A stretch of 64,000 nt of DNA from assembly GCA_964016885.1 (NCBI GenBank), contig OZ024746.1, forward strand, positions 11,408,001 through 11,472,000, read 5' to 3'. Positions 1 through 13,938 of this stretch are shown one piece after another; the stretch's first letter is position 1, and every line of letters starts with the position of its first letter. This DNA is from Eledone cirrhosa (taxonomy: Eukaryota). The notes under the pieces are model-generated. The model ran no database searches, had not been told where the DNA came from, and worked only from the letters and a program-made list of their open reading frames with translations. The position numbers and the translations under genes were made by a program.

Positions 1-98
1 GTCGATAAAATAAAGTACCAGTAATGCACTGGGGTCGATTTAATCAACTTTCCCCTCCTCCCATATTTGTTGGCCTTGTGCCTAAATCTACTATTACT
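1..98 (+). mobile_element. 3' part of an abundant SINE (family 1)
   Basis: The motif gtcgataaaataaagtaccag...ctggggtcgatttaatc...ggccttgtgcc recurs at ~4090, ~6670, ~30460, ~34840 and ~58980. Confidence 0.7.
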
Positions 99-221
99 AC
101 ATTAAGTCTTCTTAATTGACTCATATTCAATCCCTAATGAATTTGAGTCATTAGTGTTGTGCTTGGTTGTTTTGTGACTCCTTGAGCTGAAATAACTGTT
201 CCTTATTTTAAATATTCTAGT

Positions 222-630
222 TTAACCCTTTAACATTCACATTATTCTATATTTACTATTGTATTTTCATGTTAAAGGCTTTACCTCACATAACATTCAC
301 ATTACTCTATATTTACTATTGTATTTTCATGTTAAAGGCTTTACCTCACATAACATTCACATTACTCTATATTTACTATTGTATTTTCATGTTAAAGGCT
401 TTACCTCACATAACATTCACATTACTCTATATTTACTATTGTATTTTCATGTTAAAGGCTTTACCTCACATAATTATCTCACTTAATATCGAATCTATGA
501 GATTTTGATATTATTTATTTTGAGAAGAATACCTTAACATCAGTATGAGTGGCGGGTTATAGCTGGTTTAAACAGAAAGAGGTGAGAGAATTCTAGCCGG
601 ATATGGCCGGTTTAAATGCTAAAAGGTTAA
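222..630. mobile_element. piggyBac-like MITE with an internal 60-bp tandem amplification
   Basis: TTAA at both ends; TIR-like ccctttaacatt / aatgctaaaagg; body homologous to 18125-18355. Confidence 0.75.
231..470. repeat. 60-bp tandem repeat, 4 copies
   Basis: Units start at 231, 291, 351 and 411 and are near identical; they explain the repetitive ORFs at 259-508. Confidence 0.95.
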
Positions 631-693
631 ATATTTTCCACATAACTTATGTAGCAGTGTGTAAAGTTGGATTCAGGAGAGAAGTCCCAGATT

Positions 694-2430
694 CTAGATG
701 TCAACCCTGTGGTTATGTTTGGAGTATATAATGTTCCAGATGTCCGCCCTGTGGTTATATGTTTGGAGTATATAATGTCCCAGATGTCCACCCTGTGGTT
801 ATGTTTGGAGTATATAATGTTCCAGATGTCCACCCTGTGGTTATGTGTTTGGAGTATATAATGTTCCAGATGTCCACCCTGTGGTTATGTTTGGAGTATA
901 TAATGTTCCAGATGTCAACCCTGTGGTTATATGTTTGGAGTATATAATGTTCCAGATGTCCACCCTGTGGTTATGTGTTTGGAGTATATAATGTTCCAGA
1001 TGTCGACCCTGTGGTTATATGTTTGGAGTATATAATGTTCCAGATGTCCACCCTGTGGTTATATGTTTGGAGTATATAATGTTCCAGATGTCAACCCTGT
1101 GGTTATGTTTGGAGTATATAATGTTCCAGATGTCAACCCTGTGGTTATATGTTTGGAGTATATAATGTTCCAGATGTCCACCCTGTGGTTATATGTTTGG
1201 AGTATATAATGTTCCAGATGTCAACCCTCTGGTTATATGTTTGGAGTATATAATGTTCCAGATGTCAACCCTCTGGTTATATGTTTGGAGTATATAATGT
1301 TCCAGATGTCAACCCTCTGGTTATATGTTTGGAGTATATAATGTTCCAGATGTCCACCCTGTGGTTATATGTTTGGAGTATATAATGTTCCAGATGTCAA
1401 CCCTCTGGTTATATGTTTGGAGTATATAATGTTCCAGATGTCAACCCTGTGGTTGTTTGGAGTATATAATGTTCCAGATGTCCACCCTGTGGTTATGTTT
1501 GGAGTATATAATGTTCCAGATGTCAACCCTGTCGTTATATGTTTGGAGTATATAATGTTCCAGATGTCCACCCTGTGGTTATATGTTTGGAGTATATAAT
1601 GTTCCAGATGTCAACCCTCTGGTTATATGTTTGAAGTATATAATGTTCCAGATGTCCACCCTGTGGTTATGTTTGGAGTATATAATGTTCCAGATGTCAA
1701 CCCTGTCATTATGTTTGGAGTATATAATGTTCCAGATGTCCACCCTGTGGTTATATGTTTGGAGTATATAATGTTCCAGATGTCCACCCTGTGGTTATGT
1801 TTGGAGTATATAATGTTCCAGATGTCAACCCTGTGGTTATGTTTGGAGTATATAATGTTCCAGATGTCCACCCTGTCGTTATATGTTTGGAGTATATAAT
1901 GTTCCAGATGTCCACCCTGTGGTTATATGTTTGGAGTATATAATGTTCCAGATGTCCACCCTGTGGTTATATGTTTGGAGTATATAATGTTCCAGATGTC
2001 AACCCTGTGGTTATATGTTTGGAGTATATAATGTTCCAGATGTCCACCCTGTGGTTATATGTTTGGAGTATATAATGTTCCAGATGTCAACCCTGTGGTA
2101 ATATGTTTGGAGTATATAATGTTCCAGATGTCAACTCTGTGGTTATGTTTGGAGTATATAATGTTCCAGATGTCAACCCTGTGGTTATATGTTTGGAGTA
2201 TATAATGTTCCAGATGTCAACCCTGTGGATATATGATGTTCCAGATGTCAACTGTTATATGTTTGGAGTAATTATATGATGCTCCAGATGTCAACTGGTT
2301 ATATGTTTGGAGTGATTATATGATAGATACTCCAGATGTCAACTCTGGTGTTATATCTTTGAAGTAATTATATGACAAAGATACTCCAGATGTCAACAGT
2401 GGTTATGTTTAATATGATAGATGCTCCAGA
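694..2430. repeat. 42/44-bp minisatellite, about 35 well-conserved copies, decaying at the 3' end
   Basis: Unit ccagatgtc(a/c)accctgtggttat(at)gtttggagtatataatgtt. Confidence 0.95.
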
Positions 2431-2974
2431 TACAAAGTTTAAAAATAATCTATTTCCTACGACATAGATATAGACTTTTCCCACCTTTCTACCTGCCCAT
2501 TTCTATTTCTGAGAACATATAACTTCTCAATAAATCCAAACTTATGCAGACATCTTAAGGTAGTCTTAGTCACATATATCGCCAAAATCCCTTACTACTA
2601 TCCAACAGTTCTTTTGCCATTAGTACCACTTCACCATTCTTTGTTTTTACAGACCTTCTATTAGGCTATATTTAGTTGGAATGGAATATCAGCTGAGCAA
2701 ATAAAAAAAAAAACCATTCCTTTAAGTAGTGTCTTCTACAATCATATCTTGACTGCATTATTGTATGTATATCAATGGTGAACCTTCCTATGCAGATGAC
2801 AGTTCTTTCACCTGCTTTTGTATGTTTGCTTGTGCTCTTTTAAATCTATTGTTTTACTGTTCTGTTCCAAACCTAATTATTTCAATAGAGTGACAGATAC
2901 ATCATAAAGAGAAAGTATTGGACCATAGCACTGTGTCTGCTTAGGAAACTGCTCCTGTTAATATTGCAACTATC

Positions 2975-3320
2975 TTCAACTGATTTGGCTGGATCCCCAA
3001 GCAAAACCAGCCATGCTCATAGATGTTATCCAACCAGCTTGCTTAGGATCTACCCTTGGGTCTCCTGCTGGTTAGTTTTGCTCATAAAATCTGTCCAACA
3101 ATTCTTTCCTGAGACATTCTAACCACATGTCCATAGTATCGAAGCTGGGATCTCTCAATTCAGAGAAGTAGCAGCTCTACCTGGAGTGACTCTCTGATCG
3201 CCAAGCTACATACTCTATTGAGTAACGTTTCACCAAAGACCCTTCGGAGGAACCCTATTTCGGCCACTTGTATACATGATCGTATTCTTTCAGTCACTAC
3301 CCAAGATTCATGACCATATG
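2975..3320 (-). mobile_element. RTE-type LINE 3' fragment, degenerate
   Basis: The reverse strand reads YGHESWVVTERI...IERSQLRYYGHVVRM...RRPKGR, the typical RTE C-terminus; homologous to 9762-10110 and 15105-15265. Confidence 0.75.
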
Positions 3321-3969
3321 AAAATTTGTTCCCTTCATTTATATTGCTCTGGATGAATATTTTAACAGAATTAAGCCACCCTTACTCTATCTAGTAGATA
3401 ACACTCCAACTTTGATAGAAACTGGTTATCTTACATGTGAAGATAATTGAAAAAACAATAAAATAGAAGCTATGATTATTCTATGCCTGACCTTATTAAG
3501 CTAAACACAAATATCTAATTGTACATTGATTTATCTAATATTATTATTATTACTCATACCTTTTTTGTCTCATAAAGTTATTGTTTTTTTTTTAAATATA
3601 AGAATTTGTACCATCTTTATATATATATATATTTATACACTCTAAGTATATATTTTGTGTTTAAGATTATTTTGGGGTGAGGGGGGGGCTTGTGTTATGT
3701 GGTCATAAGATTACGAAATCTTATCAATCACTCACCTTACAAAAAGGTGTGGTATTTTGTGACTAATCTAAAAATATACATATGCAAATTTACTCTTTTG
3801 GGCTCATTAATTGATAATATTCAATTATATGTAGATGTGATGTCTGACCTGCCCATACTCAACCCCTCCATTTTGTCCATAATCATTGTTGCTCCTTTTC
3901 TTCTTCACATCACCCTAAAAAATCCCACTACACTTGTCATACAATCATAACATTATACTGATCATGAAG

Positions 3970-4150
3970 GGTGGTGTATTGACAGAATTGGTAGAACCAT
4001 GGAAAAAATGCTTTGCTGTATTTCTTCTGTCTATTTACATTCTGAGTTCAAATCCTGCCAATGTCAACTTTGCCTTTCATTCATTCAGGATCAATAAAAT
4101 AAAGTACCAGTCAAGAAATGAGGTTGATATAATTGACTTTGCTGTTCCTT
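3970..4150 (+). mobile_element. tRNA-derived SINE (family 1), degenerate
   Basis: B-box-like gagttcaaatcc followed by aactttgcctttcat...aataaaataaagtaccag. Confidence 0.6.
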
Positions 4151-4399
4151 TTTCTTCCTTCCTTCCTTTTATTTTCACCTCCTAAGCAAATTTGCCTTGG
4201 GATGAAGCATCCTCTCCCAAAGGGTAGAGACAGCTATTCAGTTAAGTCAATGACTGACAACCTCCCTAGTACTGATGCCATGATAAAATACATCCAGTAA
4301 ATTCTGAAAACAGGTTAGATTTGACTCAAGATGACCTGTTGGATTCAAACACAGGATCAACATTAACAACAAGCATTTGGAGGTCATTTTTCCTGATAA

Positions 4400-5690
4400 A
4401 TCAGAGGTTAGCCTTGTAGACAAGCTTTTCCACTTTTCCCTATCATATGTATTCTCCACTCACCAGCTTGCTGGCTTTCATTTCCTTCTTCATCACTCCC
4501 AACCATGTTTTTTTTTTTACTTCCTTCCTCATTCATATTCATCACTCTTCTCATCCAGTCACTTTTATTCTTTCTCATCACATGATCCAACTATCTTATG
4601 TTTCTCTTCACAACATTCATCACTGGTTCTGTTACTATCAGCCTCTACAATTCATTGTTTATTCTCTCTCTCTCTCTCTCTCTCTCTCAATGATATTCAT
4701 CTCATCCATCGAACCATTTTCATTTCCATTCTTTCCAGCCTTCTTTGTTGCTTCACGTTCATCACCCAGCCTTCTCTGTTACTTCACGTTCATCACCCAG
4801 CCTTCTCTGTTACTTCACGTTCATCACCCAGCCTTCTCTGTTACTTCACGTTCATCACCCAGCCTTCTCTGTTACTTCACGTTCATCACCCAGCCTTCTC
4901 TGTTACTTCACGTTCATCACCCAGCCTTCTCTGTTACTTCACGTTCATCACCCAGCCTTCTCTGTTACTTCACGTTCATCACCCAGCCTTCTTTGTTGCT
5001 TCACGTTCATCACCCAGCCTTCTCTGTTACTTCACGTTCATCACCCAGCCTTCTCTGTTACTTCACGTTCATCACCCAGCCTTCTCTGTTACTTCACGTT
5101 CATCACCCAGCCTTCTCTGTTACTTCACGTTCATCACCCAGCCTTCTCTGTTACTTCATGTTCATCACCCAGCCTTCTCTGTTACTTCATGTTCATCACC
5201 CAGCCTTCTCTGTTACTTCACGTTCATCACCCAGCCTTCTCTGTTACTTCATGTTCATCACCCTGCCTTCTCTGCTCTGCTGCTTCATGTTCATCACCCA
5301 GCCTTCTCTGTTGCTTCACGTTCATCACCCAGCCTTCTCTGTTACTTCATGTTCATCACCCAGCCTTCTCTGTTACTTCACGTTCATCACCCAGCCTTCT
5401 CTGTTACTTCATGTTCATCACCCAGCCTTCTCTGCTCTGCTGCTTCATGTTCATCACCCAGCCTTCTCTGCTCTGCTGCTTCATGTTCATCACCCATGTG
5501 TCACTCCCATAAATCATGGCACTATTCACACATGCAGTATACATCATTCTCTTTCAGTTTCAGCAACACTTCCCTTCTCATCAGCACACCTCTCACTTCT
5601 CAGAATTTCTTCTCTAGATACTGTCACATAGTCTGATTCACTCTCTCTATTGAACATGTTTCCAATGTAACGAAATGTTTTCACACCATT
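4400..5690 (-). mobile_element. Degenerate RTE LINE fragment interrupted by a minisatellite
   Basis: The reverse strand reads ...AMIYGSDTW-[repeat]-VMNVKQQRRLERMEMKMVRWM, matching AMLHGSETW...RRLERNEASMLRWM of the RTE at 27400. Confidence 0.65.
4735..5495. repeat. 31-bp minisatellite, about 24 copies
   Basis: Unit ttcacgttcatcacccagccttctctgttac; it explains the stop-free ORFs at 4377-5636. Confidence 0.95.
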
Positions 5691-6094
5691 CTCATGATCC
5701 AGCTCAACATCTCTGCATGTCATAAGAGATGATTAGAAGATTTGGCACCAAGGACAGCCAGCCATAGAGCAATGCTTCAAAAAGAACCTCAAAAACTTAA
5801 CAAGATGAAATGAAGGATTTCTGATGTTGTTCAATCAGTAATAGCAGGCAAATCTCCCTCTATTATCTTGGTCACATTGGATAATGTAGTCCTAGATGTA
5901 CTATGACTGAAAACATAAAAGATATAGTGGTCATAACTGGAAGACATTATCATGGCCTGCTGGACTCTGGCCTGTGGCTAAAACAGCTATCAAACTACGT
6001 TAATGGGGTCCATATTTATTGAATGGTTAAGTTTTGATGTAAAGGGATGCAAGTCTATGTACCAACAATAAACATATACTTACACATACAAACA

Positions 6095-6138
<44 letters not shown>

Positions 6139-6562
6139 TATGAAACGAAAGGAGCTGTGTGGTTACTAAAAACAAGGTTTAGGATGGTGGTTAGGACAGA
6201 ACAGGAGGAGAAAGGGAAGAAAGGAGTTTCCATCATCAGCTGTAAAGGTATCCCAAACCGATGTTTCGGTGCTGAATTACAGGACATCGGTGTAGTTCGG
6301 GTGAGCTATATATATATATAGAGATACACATATGCGTGTACACAACATGCTTCCAAGCAGTTTCTATACCATAAATTCCACTAGCAAGACATTGGTTAAC
6401 CCAGTATTACAGAAGATACTTGCCCAAGGTGCTACACAGTGGAATGAAACCAGGAACAACATATTTGCAAAGCAAACTTCTTGACCATACTGTATGAGAC
6501 CTTCTCAGCTCTATCTTAGGAATTAAGATGATGTAAAAAGCATAAACAACATTATTACTACC

Positions 6563-6745
6563 ATTGGCAGTATCGGTAGAGGGTCGGACATGCTTTCCAG
6601 CATAGTTACGTCCCTTTACGATCTGAGTTCAAATTCCGCCGAGGTTAACTTTGCCTTTCATCCTTACGAGGTCGATAAAATAAAGTACCAGTAATGTACT
6701 GGGTAATTGCTGGCCTTGTGCCAAAAGTAGAAATAATTATTACTA
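6563..6745 (+). mobile_element. tRNA-derived SINE (family 1)
   Basis: A-box-like tggcagtatcgg, B-box gagttcaaattcc, and the conserved body gtcgataaaataaagtaccagt. Confidence 0.7.
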
Positions 6746-7139
6746 CCATCATTCTTATTCCAAAGGTAAGGCTATGAGGTTCTCAAAAAAAATTAATTAA
6801 TGGATTTAGGAACATTGCTATGTCTGCCTGTGCACTCCTGTGTATCTATTTCAAGGTCAATAGAACATAAACCCAACCTACCCTCATTAGAAAGCAGAAA
6901 TAGAATAACAATCCTACTGGCCAGTGACTGGTGACAAAAAAAAATGCTGTTTTCAGAACAATAGTAATTGTAACAACACTTTGGGTGCGAGTCATGGACA
7001 TTAGATGTTAAAAGTGGGAAAATCAATCATGGCTTTTGAAAGGAAACATAGAAAGATGCTTCACTTCCATTTATAGAATATTGTACACTTTCCATGATTC
7101 ACTTCCACTGTAGGGAGCATTGAACTGAAATAATGAGTG

Positions 7140-7331
7140 TTAACCCTTTTGATATCAAACCACCTGAAACTCCTTATTTTTCAGATACAAACTGTTTATC
7201 TTTAAGTGTTTATACTTACCTAAAAAAACTTCCATCATGATTCTTTATAAAATCGTTTATTAAATTATATTCCAAACTTACAAGATTAATATTTAGAAAG
7301 TTAGTTATATTACTAAATCCCTCTAAATTCT

Positions 7332-7372
<41 letters not shown>

Positions 7373-7415
7373 TAGGCATGGTCTTTCATTAGAAATATAT
7401 TAATGAAAGGGTTAA
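7140..7415. mobile_element. piggyBac-like MITE (second family)
   Basis: Termini ttaa-ccctt ... aaggg-ttaa. Confidence 0.5.
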
Positions 7416-7941
7416 GGAAGAAATTGGTGGTAAGGCTGTGAACCAGTTGTTAACAATCAGAAAAGGAAGTAGTTTAGTCATGTAACATTATACTACCATA
7501 CCTGTAGCAAATCTGTCCTAGTAACATGACACCATGTCGTTAGCAAATATAGTGATGGTGGAAACAAACACCACCTCCTCCCTTTAGAGTTAAAAACATA
7601 GAGGAAGACCACAAAGGAGATGGTTAAGCAACATCAAGGAATGGACAAAGAGGAATATGGTGAACAGTTTGAGATGGCAGGGGAGGGAAGATTCCATTGG
7701 CCTCCCTAGGCTATGGATTAAATTGATTGGTTCATATAAGGCAAGTGGAACATGTGCATTTCCCATCTTTCTCAAAGGGTTTTAGCAAAATAAGTGAAGA
7801 TAGGGCTTTAACTCGGGATTGAAACTACGTCACAGTCATGGTTTCTTGGGGCTTACTTCCTTCTCTTTATCACATAATTGCTCATTATCGATTGTTTGGG
7901 TTTTTCAAATTAGTATGAAATTTCATCTCTCTTGCTTTTGA

Positions 7942-7992
<51 letters not shown>

Positions 7993-8429
7993 ATACACAC
8001 ATGTTCACTCTCACATTTCATTTCATTAAAAGGTTACTATTCCACCAAACATTTAGTGGTTGTTGAAAAGAGATATTTCCAAGATCAACAGTCCGGCTCT
8101 TAGCAACCTTAGATTGATTTGTAACCTCACTGAAAAGCTTCTGTTAGTCATGGTTTGTTTAACATTTGCTATTGTTTATATTTAGCTAGATGAGAAATCC
8201 TTAGTGCCTTTTTATAGAAATCTAATGATTTTTTTATGACTATATCCTCTTTTAATCTAACATTCTGAATATGCTGCTCACAATGACACTTGGACTATAT
8301 GAATATGTTAGGGATGCATTGATAAGCAAATTTGTTACTGGATAGGACTCGTATAACCCATGCCACCATAAAAAATGGACATAAAAATTATGGTGGTGAT
8401 GGTGGTAATAAATATTTACTTCTTTGTCA

Positions 8430-9230
8430 TCATCATCCTTTGACTCCTGGAGTCAGTCAGAATTCTCTTGACAATCCCTTTCCACACTGTTCGATCCTGC
8501 ATTGCTGTCCCCAGATCCCTTGTGTCCAGCCCTGAATCCCCAGCTATGGTGTCTGGGAAAGTCAGTTTTCATAAATAGACACATCCAGAGGGATGCCACA
8601 GAAGGAAAGATGAAATAATTTCTTTGTTGGCTCGATGACAGTGACTAGCAAACTAGTCTTTTTTGCTTGAGTCTGAGGGATATTGGAATCAAATCTCCAT
8701 AGATGGTTTCAAGTGTTGTGTGTGATCTCCAGCTTATGTTTTTGATTCTTCTGAGCAGATTTGTATATGCTCCATCCAGCCATCTTTCAAGATGAACAGA
8801 TAAGGTCTATGTTTCTGATCCATATAGTAGTACTGGTTCAATCAATGTTTGAAAGATTTGGACTTTTAAGGAGGATGATAAATTTGAGTGCCAAGTCTTG
8901 TTAAGCCTGTTGCATGCATCCCATGCTAGAGCTTTACGGATGTTGAAATTTTTGGGGGAGTCTATGAAAAGTTATGCTGATGACAGCAAAAATGAGATGA
9001 ATATTTTGTTATGTATATAGAGCCTGAATTAAGAGTAAGTGATGTTGTGGTTCAAAGGTGTTCTTTGTTTTGATGTATTCTGATGGTCTTTATCATAGAA
9101 ATGTATCTTCCACTTAAGCTGTTTCAGTCATCTAGGGTGAGGTTTTAAGATCTGTTTTCTGGACAGAAATAGCAATGTTTTTGGTTTTTTTAGGAAAAGA
9201 TGATGAGTTGTGGTTTCAACTCAGTACATT
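8430..9230 (-). mobile_element. Degenerate non-LTR retrotransposon fragment (RTE/RTEX-like)
   Basis: The reverse strand includes FNIRKALAWDACNRLNKTWHS, resembling the post-RT region of LINE ORFs; it has many stops. Confidence 0.55.
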
Positions 9231-9761
9231 TATCTTTCAGTTGTTGCTATAATTGTCAATATAATATTTGTTATTAATGGTGAATGATTACTTCGCTATT
9301 TTGCCTACATTATTGGCTTAGCAAAACAGAAAAAAAACAAGACATGAAACTTTTGTATATATCCTTCAGGCTGCATGTCAACAAAATAATTAGATTGTCT
9401 GACAAGATTAAGTAAAGAAGAAAGGTTATACACCATATTCCTACATTGACAATATTTCAAGCTATCAAATGATTTATCTATCTTTGGTGAGATTTATCTT
9501 CAGTCTATGTAATGCCATAAAACTGAAGTCAAAACTGGCTATTAAAAGATTATAACTAGCTTGTAGCTTATTTACATATTTCTACAAAATATCTGTATTT
9601 TTGAGTCTCAAATAATCGTCGTCATAGTCATCTCCAAAGCATTTAAATTTTGGTACTCTGTCTCTCGCGAAATTTTATTTTAAGTGGTAGCATTCCTGCG
9701 ACAATTTTCTTTATACATTAAAAAACATTATACATGAGAAATCCTTAGTGCCTTTTTATAG

Positions 9762-10110
9762 CGAGACCAACCGAGCTCGTGGATGATATCCAACCATCTT
9801 GCTCTGGATCTACCCTTGGGTCTCCTGCCAGTTGGTTTTGCTCATAAAATCTGTCCAGTGATTCTTTCCTCAGACATTCTGACCACATGTCCATAAGATC
9901 AGAGCTATGATCTCTCAATTTGGAGAAGTAGTGCCTCTACCTGGAGCAGTTCCCTGATCACCAATCTACACACTTTATTGAGTAATGCTACTCCAAAGGC
10001 CTTTTGGAGGAACCATATTTCAGCTGTTTGTAAATGCAATAATACTCTTTCGGTCATTACCCAAGATTCATGACCATAGGTAAGGATCGGCACAAATACT
10101 GAAGTGAAGA
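9762..10110 (-). mobile_element. RTE LINE 3' fragment
   Basis: ORF 9905-10093 reads PILTYGHESWVMTER...IERS. Confidence 0.75.
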
Positions 10111-11485
10111 GTAAAAAGTGACATAATGTTCATAATCATCTGTCAATTCATTTTTCCTGGCAACTATAAAGTCTATCTAGTTTCCATGTTTGCATCATTA
10201 GATGATCAAGTGACTGGTTAGTTTTCTGTAGTTACAAATGGTCAGGCCATAGAACTCCAAAAGCCTTCGCTCTTCTTCATACCTTGTTATTATTTTATCA
10301 CCCCTATGTATATTGAAGTAGCCATCATGGTGTTTTTCAACATCACCAACTGTGATAACCAGATTAGTTTTATTCATTCAAGGTAGTTTGCAAATGGACC
10401 TCTTTGAAATGATTATTTTGCCCATATGCCAGTTTTTACTATGGTGCTTATTAAGAGGTCATTGGTGCTACCAACTCGGTTACTATATCCATTTCTTTGA
10501 TAACAATATGTCTATTCTAGCCACCCTAACACAGTTACTCAGAAGTATTTGTATTTGTGTTCTTTACTTGTAAGGAATCTGGCTCTCTTCTATCTTGTCT
10601 CTTGTATACAGCACACATCTATTTTCCCCCTATTTTATCATTTCTGCAATCTTCCTAAACCTACCTTTCGTTGTGCTAATATTGATGGTGGCAAGTGTAA
10701 AATTATGTATGACAGGAAAAGGAGAATTTTTAGTGGTTATTTGATGTCTGAAAGAATTGATGTGATTATTTGATGATGCCCAGTGGGTATTTAGTTGTGG
10801 CCTTTGATGATGATTGGAGTGCAAATCTTGCAATGATCAATTTTACTTCTCATCTTTCTGAAGATTGATAAAATAAATATCAGTCAAGTACTACAGTCAA
10901 CATAATTGTATATTACCTTCAAATTTGTATGTTATAAATCAATACTTCTACAAGATTTGCTGTGTATATCAAATATCTTTATCAACTGAAGCTTGGAGAA
11001 TGAAATTTTCAACCAAAAAGGCATCATTTAAATATAAGGTAAATAGAACTATCACTTTCAATAATGAGTTTTCCAGTTTTTAGATCAACAGAATTATCTG
11101 TTCATTGAATAATAGAGCAATCTTAATGTAATCCTCAGACAGAATCAACATGACAGAGCGTGATAAATTTAATCCTTTGAATTAAATGAGTAATTTCATC
11201 CAATGTTTTTTTTCATAGTTTTCATCTAGACAATTTCACTCACAAGGCTTGGGTCAACCCAAGACTATAGTAGAAGACATTCAATGTGTCCTTCACTGAG
11301 ATCAAAATTTCAAAATTATGTTTGCAAAGTGAACTTGTTAACCACTCACTCTGCTATGTCTGCACTCTGACTCTCACTGAAACTATGAATGGGCTTATTT
11401 CTACATCCTGTCTGTTGTTTCATTACAATTTGTTGAAACAATGTAAATTATCTACAATGATAATCCCTCTCTCTCTCCCTCTCTT

Positions 11486-11559
<74 letters not shown>

Positions 11560-13820
11560 ACTTGAACTTTGTGAGGTAATTGACATGACACTATTATCGT
11601 ATTAATTAGTATTTTATTATATTTAGTGCAACAAACTGATTATTATAGTATTGATGTTGTTAAATTAGTTGAAACTTGGTCTGTATTTGCCATTTAATAA
11701 TATCTGTTCATTCCCTCTGGGCATTTAACTCTAGTTTAGCTACAAATATGTTTCAGAATACACAGAAAACATTGCAAGGAAGGGTGTTAGATGTGACAAT
11801 CAACTATCTTAACAATACATGTGATTTATAGTCTCAGTTGTATAAATAACATTACAAATATGGATGGAAATATAAGAAAAAAGATAAAAACAAAACCAAG
11901 CAATGAACAGAGGGAGGAAGGGGTAAAGAAGGGTCGATCTGGCTGTAGAGGAAAGGACTATAAATACCATAAATGAGAGGAAAAGGAGGAAAAAAGCTAG
12001 GACTATGAGGTCATGGAAGAAAGGTAGGGGAAAAGGAGAGGGTGATAGGCTCTATGCCTAGGGCGGGCGGTGTTTTGCCTGCACCCCATGGACAATGGCC
12101 AGCAACACCTGCTACAATAGCCATCCCACCTCACAGAGCACCTTCCTCAGACAGCCTACTGACGTTCTGATTTTACGGAGGAGCTCGGCGACCATTGTAA
12201 AGAGGAAGGCAAGCTCGGTATTTGTTTGTCTTCTATCTTAACACTTTCAATAACAACCTGACTGAGACTGTCACTGCTTCCATGACATAAAGCTGTTTAA
12301 AGTGTTATATCTAAAAACTTTCTATCATTATTTGATGTAAGAACCTTTAAGTTTTATGTTCCAGACACCAGCATAACAATGAGAAAATTTAAACTCTCCA
12401 AATTCTTTATTATTTTCCAAATTATTTGATAATCATAAATATAATAACGAAAAGGTAAATATTTCACCAACTCTTATGAGGACAAATGTCAAAGATCAAC
12501 CAATGAAGAAATTTTATCTCTGATCTCAGAAATCAGAGATGCTAGGTACTGTATTTGATGGCATTATGTCAAGTATCTACATCATTACTAAAATTATGAT
12601 AATTTCAAACCATTTATTGAACAACTCCAAAACACAATATTCTTTCAATTTTTTACTAGTTTCAGTCTCCAGACTGTTGCCATGTTACTGCAGTGCTTTC
12701 AAAGGTTTTAGTTGATAGTATTTACCCCAGCATTTATTTCAATCCGGTACTTCTTCTATTTTAACTAATGGCTAAGTTACCTTTTGATGTAAAGAGACAC
12801 TTGTCCTGTTTTATACCAATATACATAAACACAAATACAGTCTCATGCACACAAATTCTATACACACATACACAAACACACATAAATGTAAAAGGTGCAG
12901 CCATATCTGTGTGATTAAGAAGTTTGCTTGGTTTAGGATTCTATCCCACTGTGTGGCATCTTGAGAGAATTTGGTAGACAGAAACTGTACAAACTGACTG
13001 GGTTGAAACAGATATTGCAAGGCATCCCATCCAAAGTTATAACAATTCTGTCAAGCCACTGCCCTGGAGTGGTTCTTGATTGAAAGGTAAAGTTGACCAT
13101 GGCAGGGTTTGTGTGCAGAGAAGGAGAAGAAACATTGAAAGACATTTAATCCTACCCTCTAACAATTCTGTCAGTCCACTTTGTATGCCTGTGTGTGTGA
13201 TGGATTTACTCTGCCTAAAAACTGGTGTTATTGTTTATGTTGTGTAACTTAGCAGTACAACAAATAGAAAATGATAAAATAAGTTCCAGACAGAAATAAG
13301 TACTGAGATTAATAGGATGAACTAAACCCATGAAAGTGGTGTCCTAGCTTGGCCACAATACAATATCTGAAACCAGTAAAAGATTATATATAGTTCAACT
13401 CTTGCTAACAGAAAACATGTTAATGGCACGACAACAACATTTTTTGTTTTTATTGTGTATCTTACAATAGTTTGCTTCTAAGATTTCATGAATAGGTATT
13501 CATTCTTCAGTAGGTTTTGTTTACAAAAGTTTACAAAAGAATCAAGAATCAATATGGCCTCCAAAGTCATGTAGTCTTTTGCTAAACGTGATTTCAAAAT
13601 TCTACTTCTTCTTTTCATCTTTTATTAGAAGCAAATCGTGTTTAATGTATTAGGAATTAATGATTCTCTCCCTGTTCATTTGGTAGTGTTGATTTTGTAA
13701 ATTTGTAAGTATGGGAAATATAAGAAAAAGAAAAGCAATAATAATAAGAAAATCTATGGTGATGAGGGGGAAGGGTGGTTTGATAAGGTTGTTCATAGTA
13801 GGTAACATGTGAAGTAGTAG

Positions 13821-13938
13821 GTAATATCTGAAGAATTGCCAAATACAAACATAATGTGAATGAGTGAATAGAAAAAATATTCCTATGCAGTTCTTGTTGA
13901 TGATTATTTAATTGATAATGAAACACGTGTTAGATTAT
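13821..13938 (+). ncRNA. Degenerate type I hammerhead motif(s), Penelope-like pLTR remnant
   Basis: CTGAAGA at 13828 and TTGATGA at 13897; short stem ttat..ataa; GAAA-CACGTG-TT at 13920-13931; downstream aataaa. Confidence 0.4.

Noticed and set aside
694-2430. CRISPR-like regular repeat array
   Set aside because: Units are contiguous with no unique spacers; the context is eukaryotic with no cas genes. It is a minisatellite.
4377-5636. Long 255-419 aa ORFs
   Set aside because: They are open in all three frames because of a stop-free 31-bp repeat and are not protein-like.
6230-6306. Small hairpin and CTGATGA on the minus strand
   Set aside because: The elements do not assemble into a hammerhead topology; at most a repeat remnant.
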